Shown here: piece by piece, positions 30,224 to 40,511 of the stretch
Layout: every line of letters begins with the position of its first letter
Numbering within the stretch: position 1 is the first letter of the stretch
From: Occultella glacieicola
GTDB taxonomy: Bacteria; Actinomycetota; Actinomycetes; Actinomycetales; Beutenbergiaceae
Length of the DNA: 64,000 bases
Direction: 5' to 3'
Assembly (NCBI RefSeq): GCF_004353825.1
Contig: NZ_SMNA01000002.1
Location: 496,001-560,000 of the forward strand
Notes under the pieces: model-generated
Seen by the model: the letters and a program-made list of their open reading frames with translations, nothing else
Told to the model about the DNA's origin: nothing
Database searches by the model: none
Made by a program: the position numbers and the translations under genes

Positions 30224-30705
30224 GTGAGAACCGCAACCACGCCGCGTCCCCGGCCGAGCCCGACGCGCCCACGGAGGCGTTCGGGTCCGAGTCCCGGGAC
30301 CAGGACCGCCCGAGCATCATGGAGGCCGCGACCAGGTTGGAGGCCGAGACGGCCGCCGCGCCGGGGTCGAGCGAACCGGGCGGACAGCCCTCCTGGTACG
30401 AGGAGTCCCTCCGCGACGAGGCCGCCCTGCGTTCCGAGCCCGTCCCGGTGACGCACCACGCCGCCGGGATGTCCGGTGCGGCCGATGCCGTGCCGGGGTA
30501 CTCCCCCGGCAGCCCGGCCCCGCGCGAGCGGGCCCGGGTCGGCACCATCGTGTGGGGCCTGGTCCTGGTCCTGCTGGGGGTGGTCGTGGTCGCGATCGGG
30601 CTCGGCTTCGAGGTGGACCTCGAGGTCTTCCTCATCGGGCTGCTCGGGATCGCCGGGGTCGGCCTGCTCGTCGGCACCGCCATCTCGGCACTGCGCGGGC
30701 GCTGA
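30220..30705 (+). CDS. Hypothetical two-TM protein of the psp module
   Basis: ATGA overlap with pspC and a GGAG RBS; disordered N-terminus and GTIVWGLVL TM hairpin. Confidence 0.8.
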   Translation: MSENRNHAASPAEPDAPTEAFGSESRDQDRPSIMEAATRLEAETAAAPGSSEPGGQPSWYEESLRDEAALRSEPVPVTHHAAGMSGAADAVPGYSPGSPAPRERARVGTIVWGLVLVLLGVVVVAIGLGFEVDLEVFLIGLLGIAGVGLLVGTAISALRGR

Positions 30706-30726
30706 CCGCGGCGGTTCGAGCTCAAC

Positions 30727-30765
30727 GGTGCGCTCGCGACGCGTTCGGCACGTCGGGAGCGCACC
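30727..30765. terminator. Hairpin between convergent genes
   Basis: GGTGCGCTC-GCGACG...CGTCGG-GAGCGCACC inverted repeat. Confidence 0.55.
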
Positions 30766-30799
30766 ACAACGGTCCGGCGGTGGGGACGGCGCGCCTGCC

Positions 30800-31972
30800 T
30801 CAGTCCCGCCTCGCTCGCATGTAGAGCTCGTCGGCTCTCGCCAACACGTCGGGCCAACCCACCGCCGGCGCCACCCGGGCGTTGTGTTCCCGGATCCGGG
30901 CCAGCAGGCCCGGGTCGGAGGCCAGGTCCACGAGGGCGCCGGTGAGGCCGGCGTCCCCGGTGCGCAACAGCCCGTCGACACCGTCGGCCACGAACTCACC
31001 GATGCCGGTGCCGGCGTTCGCCACCACGGCGAGCCCAGCGGCCCGGGCCTCGAGCGGCGCGATCCCGAACGCCTCGAGCCGGGCCGGGGCCACGAACACG
31101 TCCTGGTCCCGGTAGAGCGTCGGCAGCACCTCCCGCGGTACCCGGCCGAGCAGGGTGACCACGTCCTCGAGGCCGGCCGCGGCGATCTCGGCACGCAGGG
31201 CCGCCTCCGCGGGGCCGCTGCCGGCGATGCTCAACCGGATCCGTGGCCGCCCGCGGCCGTCGCGTCCGAGGGTCTCGGCGGCGGCACCGACGAGCCGCAC
31301 CAGCGGAACCGCACGCTTGCGGGGCGCGAGCCGTTGGGTCGCGACCACGCGCAGCACACCGGGATCGGCCGGGGCGACCGGCCCTGGTGTGCCGCGCGCG
31401 GCGGCCCGCCAGGGCGCCAGGTCCAGCCCGTTCGGCAGCACGGTGACGTCGTCACGGCGCAGCGCGTGCGCCACCCGCTCGGCCGCCACGGTGCTGACCG
31501 CGCTCGGCGCGAGGGCAGCCTCGCTCCACCCGCCGGCCCGGGCGCCGAGCCGGACCGCCGGCTCCACGCCGTCGAGCATGCAGTGCCAGGTGATCGCGAG
31601 CGGCAGGCCGAGATCGCGGGCCGCGCGAGCGCCGTCGAACGCGAACGGGCTGACCACGCCCGCGTGCACGTGCACCACATCCGGGCGCAGGATCTCCAGG
31701 GCCCGCCTCACGAGCGCCCGCCCGCTCGGGTGCACGGGCAGCCCGAACGTGACCGGCGAAGCGATCCGGTGCACCCGGACCCCGGCGGCCTCCGTGGTGG
31801 TGGTGCGGTACCGGCTGCGCCCCTGCTCGACGGCATCGCGGCCCAGCGCGGTCGCGGTCAGCACGTGCACGGCATGCCCGGCGGCGCCCTGATGGGTGGC
31901 GAGGTCCTCGACCTGGGACTCGATGCCGCCGACCCGGGGGGCGTAGCAGTCTGAGACGTGGACGATCCGCAC
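30800..31972 (-). CDS. GT4-family glycosyltransferase
   Basis: HVSDCYAPRVGGIE, PDVVHVH, PNG, RLAPRKR and EAFGIAPLEA. Start at GTG 31972 with TACAGT 5 nt upstream. Confidence 0.9.
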   Translation of the reverse strand: MRIVHVSDCYAPRVGGIESQVEDLATHQGAAGHAVHVLTATALGRDAVEQGRSRYRTTTTEAAGVRVHRIASPVTFGLPVHPSGRALVRRALEILRPDVVHVHAGVVSPFAFDGARAARDLGLPLAITWHCMLDGVEPAVRLGARAGGWSEAALAPSAVSTVAAERVAHALRRDDVTVLPNGLDLAPWRAAARGTPGPVAPADPGVLRVVATQRLAPRKRAVPLVRLVGAAAETLGRDGRGRPRIRLSIAGSGPAEAALRAEIAAAGLEDVVTLLGRVPREVLPTLYRDQDVFVAPARLEAFGIAPLEARAAGLAVVANAGTGIGEFVADGVDGLLRTGDAGLTGALVDLASDPGLLARIREHNARVAPAVGWPDVLARADELYMRARRD

Positions 31973-32101
31973 GCCCCACTGTAACCAGCGCTCCCCGACG
32001 TGACGGGGCGAGGCAGAACCCCACGTCCGAGTCAGGAGGTCGTCGGCTCCTGATTCGGGCGCAACGCACTGCACCGCGGCGGGAACTCCTGTCGTGACCG
32101 C

Positions 32102-32125
32102 TAGAATTATCTCGATGTCGAGAGA
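32102..32125 (+). promoter_or_regulatory. tam -10 box (TAGAAT) abutting a TamR-like 18-bp palindrome
   Basis: TAGAAT (32102-32107) is immediately followed by TATCTCGATGTCGAGAGA (32108-32125). Confidence 0.75.
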
Positions 32126-32135
32126 ACGGACGCCG

Positions 32136-32903
32136 ATGCCCACCTGGGACCCGACCACCTACCTCGCCTATGCCGACGAGCGCAGCCGACCGTTCCTCGA
32201 CCTGCTCGCCCGGGTCGACGGCGAACCCGCCACCATCGCCGACCTCGGCTGCGGCCCCGGTCACCTGATGGCCGCCCTGCGGGCCCGTTGGCCGCACGCG
32301 TCGATCGTCGGCGTGGACGCCAGCCCCGAGATGATCGCGCGGGCGCGCGCCGAGCACGCCGCCGACGGCGTCACGTACGTGTGCGCCGACCTCACCTCCT
32401 GGGAGCCGGCCGCGCCGGTGGACCTGCTCGTCTCGAACGCGACGCTGCAGTGGGTGCCGGGGCACCTCGACCTGCTCCCCCGGCTCGCCGGCACGCTGAC
32501 CGAGGCCGGCACGCTGGCGTTCTCCGTGCCGGGCAACTTCGACGAACCGAGCCACGTCCTGCTGCGCGACCTCGCCGGGCGAGCGCCCTACGCGGCCCAC
32601 ACGGCCGCCGTCGTCCATCCTTCGTCGCACGACGCAGCCACCTACCTGGCGACCCTGACCGCGACGGGACTGCGCGTGGACGCCTGGGAGACCACCTACC
32701 TGCACGTGCTCGACGGCGAGGACCCGGTGCTGCGGTGGATCCTCGGAACCGGGGCGCGCCCGGTGGTGCAGGCGCTTCCCGAGGACCTCCGGGAGCAGTT
32801 CGTCACCGAGTACGGCGTGCTGCTGCGGGAGGCCTACCCGGTCCGCCCGCACGGCACGGTGCTGCCGTTCCGGCGGGTGTTCGTGGTGGCGCGCCGAGCT
32901 TGA
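32136..32903 (+). CDS. tam: trans-Aconitate 2-methyltransferase
   Basis: WDPTTYLAYADERSRPF, DLGCGPG, SNATLQWVP, WETTY and LPFRRVFVVA. Confidence 0.92.
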   Translation: MPTWDPTTYLAYADERSRPFLDLLARVDGEPATIADLGCGPGHLMAALRARWPHASIVGVDASPEMIARARAEHAADGVTYVCADLTSWEPAAPVDLLVSNATLQWVPGHLDLLPRLAGTLTEAGTLAFSVPGNFDEPSHVLLRDLAGRAPYAAHTAAVVHPSSHDAATYLATLTATGLRVDAWETTYLHVLDGEDPVLRWILGTGARPVVQALPEDLREQFVTEYGVLLREAYPVRPHGTVLPFRRVFVVARRA

Positions 32904-32925
32904 GCGGCGGTGCTCAGGCCCGCCT

Positions 32926-34502
<1,577 letters not shown>

Positions 34503-34537
34503 AGCACCCAGGATACGGCCGGATCAGACGGTGCCGA

Positions 34538-34930
34538 TCACGGCGCCTCGGCGCGCGCCGCGAGCGTCTCGTCCACCCAGTCGCGGGCCTTACCCTCCAT
34601 GACGAACGACAGGACCGGCACCACGCCACCGGCGATCAGGGCCGCGATCCGGCCGAAGCTCCAGCGCATCCGGCTCCACAGGTCGAACACCGTGACCGCG
34701 TAGACGACGTAGATCCATCCGTGCACGAACGCGATCCAGGACCCGAGCACGGGGTTCGGACTGCCGGTGGAGTCGACGCCGTTCACCTGCACGATGTACT
34801 TGAGCACCATCTCCAGGCAGAGCAGCAGGAGCATGCCGCCGGTGACGAACGCCATGATCCGGTAGCGGGTGAACGCGCCGCGATCCTTGAAGTCCCGGGC
34901 ATCGGCGTTGGTCGGGTTGGTGTCCGTCAT
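34538..34930 (-). CDS. DUF3817-like membrane protein
   Basis: RYRIMAFVTG, VHGWIYVVY and AGGVVPVLSF; directly upstream of guaA. Confidence 0.85.
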   Translation of the reverse strand: MTDTNPTNADARDFKDRGAFTRYRIMAFVTGGMLLLLCLEMVLKYIVQVNGVDSTGSPNPVLGSWIAFVHGWIYVVYAVTVFDLWSRMRWSFGRIAALIAGGVVPVLSFVMEGKARDWVDETLAARAEAP

Positions 34931-35039
34931 GGGAGACATTGTCGCCCGAGTCCGGGGCGGGGGGAAACTCGCCGGGCACGCCGGACGGCGGGTGGGCACC
35001 GACACCGGTCGGTAGCCTGTGCGCGGAGAGGGGTGGGCG

Positions 35040-35882
35040 ATGAGCCGACGGCGGTGGCTGCTCGCGGCGGCGGTGCTCGTCGTGGTGGTCGTGGTGGTGG
35101 TGCTCGCGCTCCGGTCCGGTGGCCCAGCGGCCGAACGGCGCGCCGCGATCGCCCAGTGGGATGCCGACCTGCTGGACTGGGAGGTCCAGCGGCTCGCCGA
35201 GTTCGGGCCCGACGGCGCCCGAGTGCCGACCGCGGAGCCGCTCGGCGCCGTGGTGCTCGGTCTCGCAAGCGCACCCGTGCTCGCCGGCGAGGCCACCGCG
35301 GAGTCCCTGGACGCGGTGAACGCCGCCTGCACCGCGCAGGCGTCCTTCCCGGAGGTGGTGCGCAGCGTGCCCGCTCCCCCGGCCGCGCCGCCGGGCCTGG
35401 ACACCGAGCACGCCGACGCCGACGGGGTCGTGGCCCGGTTCGACGCCGATCGCGGCGCCCTGGCCGCCTTCGTGGACGCGACCGGGGCCGACGAGGCGGC
35501 GGTGCGACAGTTCTGCGGCACCTACCCGCCGCTGGTATCAGCGCACTCGGACGCCGCTGCCGGAGCGACCGGCCCGGCGGAGGCGAACGCCCGGATCGTC
35601 GACGCTCTCTCGACCCAGTGCTACCTGTCCGGCTGGGAGCCCGTCTGCTCCGCCGACGCGGACGGGGCGCGGGACGTGGCGGCCGCCCAGATCAGCGCGG
35701 ATCCGGGCGCGGTCGACGCCGCGGTGGAGGCGGCGGACACCGGGCACGCGCAGGCCGCGACCGCCGTCGGGCTCGGGGCCGACCGGGCCGCCACGGCGGC
35801 CGCCATGACCGCGGCGGTGACCGCCTGGCAGACCGACGCGAGCGCGGCGACCACGGCGTTCACCGACGCACTCGGCGGGTGA
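35040..35882 (+). CDS. Hypothetical membrane-anchored/secreted Ala-rich protein
   Basis: MSRRRW plus a long hydrophobic segment, four Cys and GC3-rich codons. Confidence 0.7.
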   Translation: MSRRRWLLAAAVLVVVVVVVVLALRSGGPAAERRAAIAQWDADLLDWEVQRLAEFGPDGARVPTAEPLGAVVLGLASAPVLAGEATAESLDAVNAACTAQASFPEVVRSVPAPPAAPPGLDTEHADADGVVARFDADRGALAAFVDATGADEAAVRQFCGTYPPLVSAHSDAAAGATGPAEANARIVDALSTQCYLSGWEPVCSADADGARDVAAAQISADPGAVDAAVEAADTGHAQAATAVGLGADRAATAAAMTAAVTAWQTDASAATTAFTDALGG

Positions 35883-35987
35883 CCCGGCCCGCCGCCCGGG
35901 TACCGGGACCGAGCGGCGCTGAACGGTGGTGCAGACCACTGAAATCAGTTGGCACCGTGGTGGTGGCCAGGCATACCGTTGCCTCTC

Positions 35988-37787
35988 GTGCGTCCACTCC
36001 CCGAGGCCGATCCCGGCCGCCCTCCGCTGACCTCCGCCGGCGCCTTCATGTGGTGGCAGACGAAGCGTCAGTGGGGCGTGCTCGTCGGCGCTGTCATCGT
36101 CGGCATCATCGGTGCCGTCTGCCAGGCCGCGGTGCCGTTCGTGCTCGGTCGTGCCATCGACGGCGGACTCGAACACGGCCTGTCGCCGTCGCTGCTGCGT
36201 TGGTGCCTGATCCTCGCCGGCATCGGCGCGGTCTCGCTGTTCACCGGAGCGTTCGGGCACCGTCTCGACGTGGTCAACTGGCTGCGCGCGTCCCTGAACA
36301 CCAGCCAGCTCATCGGCCACCACGTGACCCGCACCGGCTCGGCGATCACCCGGGAACTGCCCACCGGTGAGGTGGTCGCCACCGTGGCCTCGGACGCCCT
36401 GCGCCTCGGCGAGATCTACGCCCAGGCGGCCCGGCTGCTCGGCGGGATCGTCACCTACATCCTGGTCGCCGTCGTGCTGCTGCAGAGTTCGGTCTCGCTC
36501 GGGGTGGCCGTGCTCATCGGCCTGCCCGTGGTCGCCGGCGTCCTGGCGCTCCTGGTCCGCCCCTTGCAGCGTCGCCAAGCGCTCCAGCGCGAGGCCGCCG
36601 GGCGGCTGACCACCCTCGGTGCGGACACCGTGTCCGGGCTGCGGATCCTGCGTGGCATCGGCGGCGAGGAGGTTTTCGCGGGCCGCTATCGGGAGCAGTC
36701 CCAGAAGGTCCGGGCCGCCGGCACGGCCGTCGCGCAGACGCAGTCGACGCTGGACGCCCTGCAGACCCTGCTGCCCGGCCTGTTCCTGGCCGGGGTGGTC
36801 TGGTACGGCGCTCACCTGGCGCTCGCCGGGGAGATCACGCCGGGCCAGCTGGTCACGTTCTACGGCTACGCCGCGTACCTCACCCAGCCGTTGCGCGCCG
36901 CGACCCAGGCAGTCCAGTCCGGCACCCGGGCGGTGGTCGCCAGCCGCAAGGTCATCAAGGTCCTCCAGGTCACCCACGACGTCCCGGACACCGGCACCGA
37001 AACGGCGCCGCCCGCGGGGTCCGAACTGGTGGACTCCGACTCCGGCCTGGTCGCCCACCCGGGGCAGCTCCTCGCCGTGGTGAGCGCGGACCCCGACGCC
37101 TCCGCCGAGATCCTGGCCCGGATGGCACGGCAGCACGACCGGGTCGAGCCGGGTGAACAAGCCGGCAGCGTCGACCAGGACGACCAGGCCGAACAGGCCG
37201 GTGAGGTGCGCTGGGGCGAACGGCGCCTCACCGACGTGCCGCTGGCGCAGGTCCGGGAGCGGATCGTCCTGAGCGAGGCCACCCCGGCCCTGTTCACGGG
37301 TCCGTTGACCGAGGAGCTCGACACCCGCGAGCAGGCGGACCGCGCCGACCTCGAGGCCGCGCTCGCGACGTCCGACGCCGGCGACGTCCTCGACTCCATC
37401 CCCGATGGCCTCGACGGCACCATGACGGAGAAGGGCCGGTCCCTGTCGGGTGGCCAGCGCCAGCGGGTCTCGCTCGCCCGTGCCCTGCTCACCGAGGCCG
37501 AGATCCTGCTCCTGGTGGAGCCCACCAGTGCGGTGGACGCGCACACCGAGGCCCGGATCGCAGGGAACCTGACCCGCGCCCGGGCCGGTCGGACCACCGT
37601 GGTGGTCTCGGCCAGCCCGCTCGTGCTCGACCAGGTCGACGAGGTCGCGTTCGTCTCCGGCGGCCGGGTCGAGGTCCGCGGCGGCCACCGCGACCTGCTC
37701 GAGATGGCCGAGGCCGGGCACCCCGGCGCCCTCGCCTACCGGAACGTCGTCAGCCGCGCCACGGCAGAACAGGAGGTGGCCCGATGA
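35988..37787 (+). CDS. ABC exporter half-transporter with degenerate Walker motifs
   Basis: TMD plus NBD; intact LSGGQRQR signature, no GxxGxGKS, and Walker B reads LLLVEPTS. Confidence 0.9.
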   Translation: MRPLPEADPGRPPLTSAGAFMWWQTKRQWGVLVGAVIVGIIGAVCQAAVPFVLGRAIDGGLEHGLSPSLLRWCLILAGIGAVSLFTGAFGHRLDVVNWLRASLNTSQLIGHHVTRTGSAITRELPTGEVVATVASDALRLGEIYAQAARLLGGIVTYILVAVVLLQSSVSLGVAVLIGLPVVAGVLALLVRPLQRRQALQREAAGRLTTLGADTVSGLRILRGIGGEEVFAGRYREQSQKVRAAGTAVAQTQSTLDALQTLLPGLFLAGVVWYGAHLALAGEITPGQLVTFYGYAAYLTQPLRAATQAVQSGTRAVVASRKVIKVLQVTHDVPDTGTETAPPAGSELVDSDSGLVAHPGQLLAVVSADPDASAEILARMARQHDRVEPGEQAGSVDQDDQAEQAGEVRWGERRLTDVPLAQVRERIVLSEATPALFTGPLTEELDTREQADRADLEAALATSDAGDVLDSIPDGLDGTMTEKGRSLSGGQRQRVSLARALLTEAEILLLVEPTSAVDAHTEARIAGNLTRARAGRTTVVVSASPLVLDQVDEVAFVSGGRVEVRGGHRDLLEMAEAGHPGALAYRNVVSRATAEQEVAR

Positions 37788-39517
37788 AGCTCCCCATCGC
37801 GGACTCCGCGACCATGCGCGCCATGACCGGCGACCTGCTGCGCCGCTACCGCGGTGAGCTGACCAGCGTCGTCGGGCTGCACACCCTGTCCGCCGTCGCG
37901 GGTCTGCTCGGTCCGTGGCTGCTCGGGATGATGGTCGACGGGGTGATCGGCGGCACCACCGCCCGTGCCCTGAACACCATGGTCGCGATCCTCGTGGCGG
38001 CGGTGCTCGCCCAGACCGTGCTTACGAAGTTCGCGCAGCGCTCCTCGATGCTGCTCGGCGAGAAGGTCTTCGCCGGGTTGCGCGAGGAGTTCATCTCCCA
38101 CGTCACCACGCTCCCGCTGTCCACGGTGGAACGGGCCGGGACCGGGGACCTGGTGGCGCGCACCACGAACGACATCGACCGCGTCCAGCACACGGTGCGG
38201 TTCGGCGTGCCCCGGGTGCTCGTCTGCATCATCACGATCGTGCTGACCGTGGTCGCGGCCGTCCTGGCGAACTGGCTCGTCGCCCTGGCCATGTTCGCCG
38301 GCGCCCCGATCCTGATCGTGGTGACCCGGTGGTACCTGCGCCGGGCCACCAAGGGGTACCTGCGCGAGTCCGCGTCCTACGCCCGGATCAACGGCACCAT
38401 CACCGAGTCCGTGGAAGGTGCGAGCACGGTCGACGCGTTGTCCCTCGGCCGCAGGCGTCGCCAGCGGATCGACGCCGACCTCGCCGAGGCCTTCGGCGCC
38501 GAGAAGTACACGCTGTACCTGCGTACCGTACTGTTCCCCGGCCTGGACGCGGCGTTCATCCTGCCGATCATCGCGGTGCTGCTCTGGGGCGCCTACCTGA
38601 TCTCGACCGGTCAGGCGAGCGTCGGCGCGGTGACCACGATCGCCCTGTACGCGGTGCAGGTCATGGGCCCGGTCGACGAACTGATCTTCTGGATCGACGA
38701 GATCCAGGTGGGTGCCACGTCGTTGTCCCGGATCTTCGGGGTCTCCCTGGTCAAGCAGGACCGGGAGCCCACCGGCGCGCGGCCGAGCGGCGAGGAGATC
38801 GAGGCACGCGACCTGCACTACGCCTACCGCGAGGGCCACAACGTGCTGCACGGCATCGACCTGGACCTGAGGGTTGGTGAACGCCTCGCCGTGGTCGGCC
38901 CCTCGGGAGCGGGCAAGTCCACCCTCGGGCGGATGCTCGCCGGGATCCACCCGCCCACCGCCGGGACGGTCACGGTCGGGCAGGTCCCGCTCGTCGACCT
39001 GCCCCTGGAGGAACTGCGTTCGCAGGTCGCTCTGGTGACCCAGGAGCACCACGTGTTCGTCGGGACGCTCGCCCAGAACCTGCGCCTGGCCAAGGTCGAG
39101 GCGGACGACGGCGAACTCACCAGGGCGTTGGACGCCGTCGATGCCCTCGGCTGGGTGCGGGCGCTGCCGGAGGGTCTGGAGACCGAGGTGGGCTCCGGCG
39201 GGGCGAAGCTGACCCCGGCGCAGGCCCAGCAGATCGCGCTCGCCCGCCTGGTCCTCCTGGATCCGCACACCCTCGTGCTCGACGAGGCGACCTCGCTGCT
39301 CGACCCGCGCGCGGCCCGGCATCTGGAGCAGTCGCTCAACGCGGTCCTGACCGGACGCACCGTGGTCGCGATCGCGCACCGCCTGCACACCGCGCACGAC
39401 GCCGACCGGGTGGCCGTGGTCGACGGCGGCCGGATCTCCGAGATCGGCCCGCACGATGAACTGGTGGCGGCCGACGGCGAGTACGCCGCGCTCTGGCACT
39501 CCTGGCAGCAGGAGTAG
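37784..39517 (+). CDS. ABC exporter half-transporter
   Basis: GPSGAGKST, LVLDEATS and IAH motifs with a degenerate LTPAQ signature; ATGA overlap with its partner. Confidence 0.92.
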   Translation: MKLPIADSATMRAMTGDLLRRYRGELTSVVGLHTLSAVAGLLGPWLLGMMVDGVIGGTTARALNTMVAILVAAVLAQTVLTKFAQRSSMLLGEKVFAGLREEFISHVTTLPLSTVERAGTGDLVARTTNDIDRVQHTVRFGVPRVLVCIITIVLTVVAAVLANWLVALAMFAGAPILIVVTRWYLRRATKGYLRESASYARINGTITESVEGASTVDALSLGRRRRQRIDADLAEAFGAEKYTLYLRTVLFPGLDAAFILPIIAVLLWGAYLISTGQASVGAVTTIALYAVQVMGPVDELIFWIDEIQVGATSLSRIFGVSLVKQDREPTGARPSGEEIEARDLHYAYREGHNVLHGIDLDLRVGERLAVVGPSGAGKSTLGRMLAGIHPPTAGTVTVGQVPLVDLPLEELRSQVALVTQEHHVFVGTLAQNLRLAKVEADDGELTRALDAVDALGWVRALPEGLETEVGSGGAKLTPAQAQQIALARLVLLDPHTLVLDEATSLLDPRAARHLEQSLNAVLTGRTVVAIAHRLHTAHDADRVAVVDGGRISEIGPHDELVAADGEYAALWHSWQQE

Positions 39518-39531
39518 CCCGACCGCCGGGC

Positions 39532-40365
39532 TCAGGCGGTGCCGACGGCCTCGGGATCCGTGGCGGGTGCGTCGCCGCCGGTGCGCTCCGCCCGGAGGTG
39601 ACGCACCTCGTCACGGACCATCCGCCACCACAGCACCAGGGCGAAGCCCCCGAAGATCCACCACTCGGCGGCGTACGCCAGGTTCTGGATGTTCAGCCCG
39701 CCGCCCTCGACGACCGGGGCGCCGTAGGGCGCCAGTTCGGCGTCGGCCGCCGGCTCCTGGACCTCCAGGATGAACTGGCCGGAGTAGATCGGCGTGCCCC
39801 ACACGTTCGCGAGCGCCGCCGGGCTGACCGCCTCGATCTCGTCGCCGGTGGCAGCCCCGACGGCGATGCCCGCCTGGGCGGGGTCCGGCCCGCCCAGGTA
39901 GCCGGTCAGCTCGACCGGCCCGCCGGGCACGTCGAGGTGGGCGTCGCCGGGCTCGCTCACCCAGCCCCGCACCACCGGCAGGATCGCGGGCCCGCCGGCT
40001 GGGTGGTCGACCTGCAGCGCGGTGACGAGCAGGTAACCGGTCCGACCGTCGAGCTGCCGGTCGGCGACGAAGAACTGGTCCTGCGCGAGGTAGGTACCCG
40101 TGACGGTGACCCGCTGCCCCACCATCGTCTGCGTGAACGGGGTCTGCGGGGCGGCCACCGTGTCCAGCGGCACCGGGGGCGCGCTCTCGCGCTCCGCGGC
40201 CTCGACGGCGGACGCCTGGTCGCCGCGGATCTGAGCGCGGTCCAGCTGCCAGGCCCCGAGCCGGATGCACAGCAGAGCACCGGCCACGAGCAGCACGAGG
40301 ATGCCGATCAGGCGGGGGCGGGTCGCCGCCCGCAGCCAGTCGGAGAACCCAGCGGACGCGTGCAC
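39532..40365 (-). CDS. SURF1-family membrane protein
   Basis: [15 protein letters not shown] and [13 protein letters not shown]; two terminal TMs. Confidence 0.88.
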   Translation of the reverse strand: MHASAGFSDWLRAATRPRLIGILVLLVAGALLCIRLGAWQLDRAQIRGDQASAVEAAERESAPPVPLDTVAAPQTPFTQTMVGQRVTVTGTYLAQDQFFVADRQLDGRTGYLLVTALQVDHPAGGPAILPVVRGWVSEPGDAHLDVPGGPVELTGYLGGPDPAQAGIAVGAATGDEIEAVSPAALANVWGTPIYSGQFILEVQEPAADAELAPYGAPVVEGGGLNIQNLAYAAEWWIFGGFALVLWWRMVRDEVRHLRAERTGGDAPATDPEAVGTA

Positions 40366-40511
40366 CCACCCAGGTTACTTCGCGCCGCCGGGTGTCCCGG
40401 GCCGGCGCCGGCGCCGGGCCGGCCCGCCCGGGACCGAAGTCACTCGCGCAACCGCGTCCGACCGGGCAGGCTAGGGCACGGCTGTGCTGTCGCTCACCGA
40501 GGGGTAGGAAC

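Noticed and set aside
30776..30787. GGCGGTGGGGAC matching the lipoprotein leader motif
   Set aside because: A 12-nt GC-rich match without the complete 3' stem arm, lying between convergent gene ends; probably chance.
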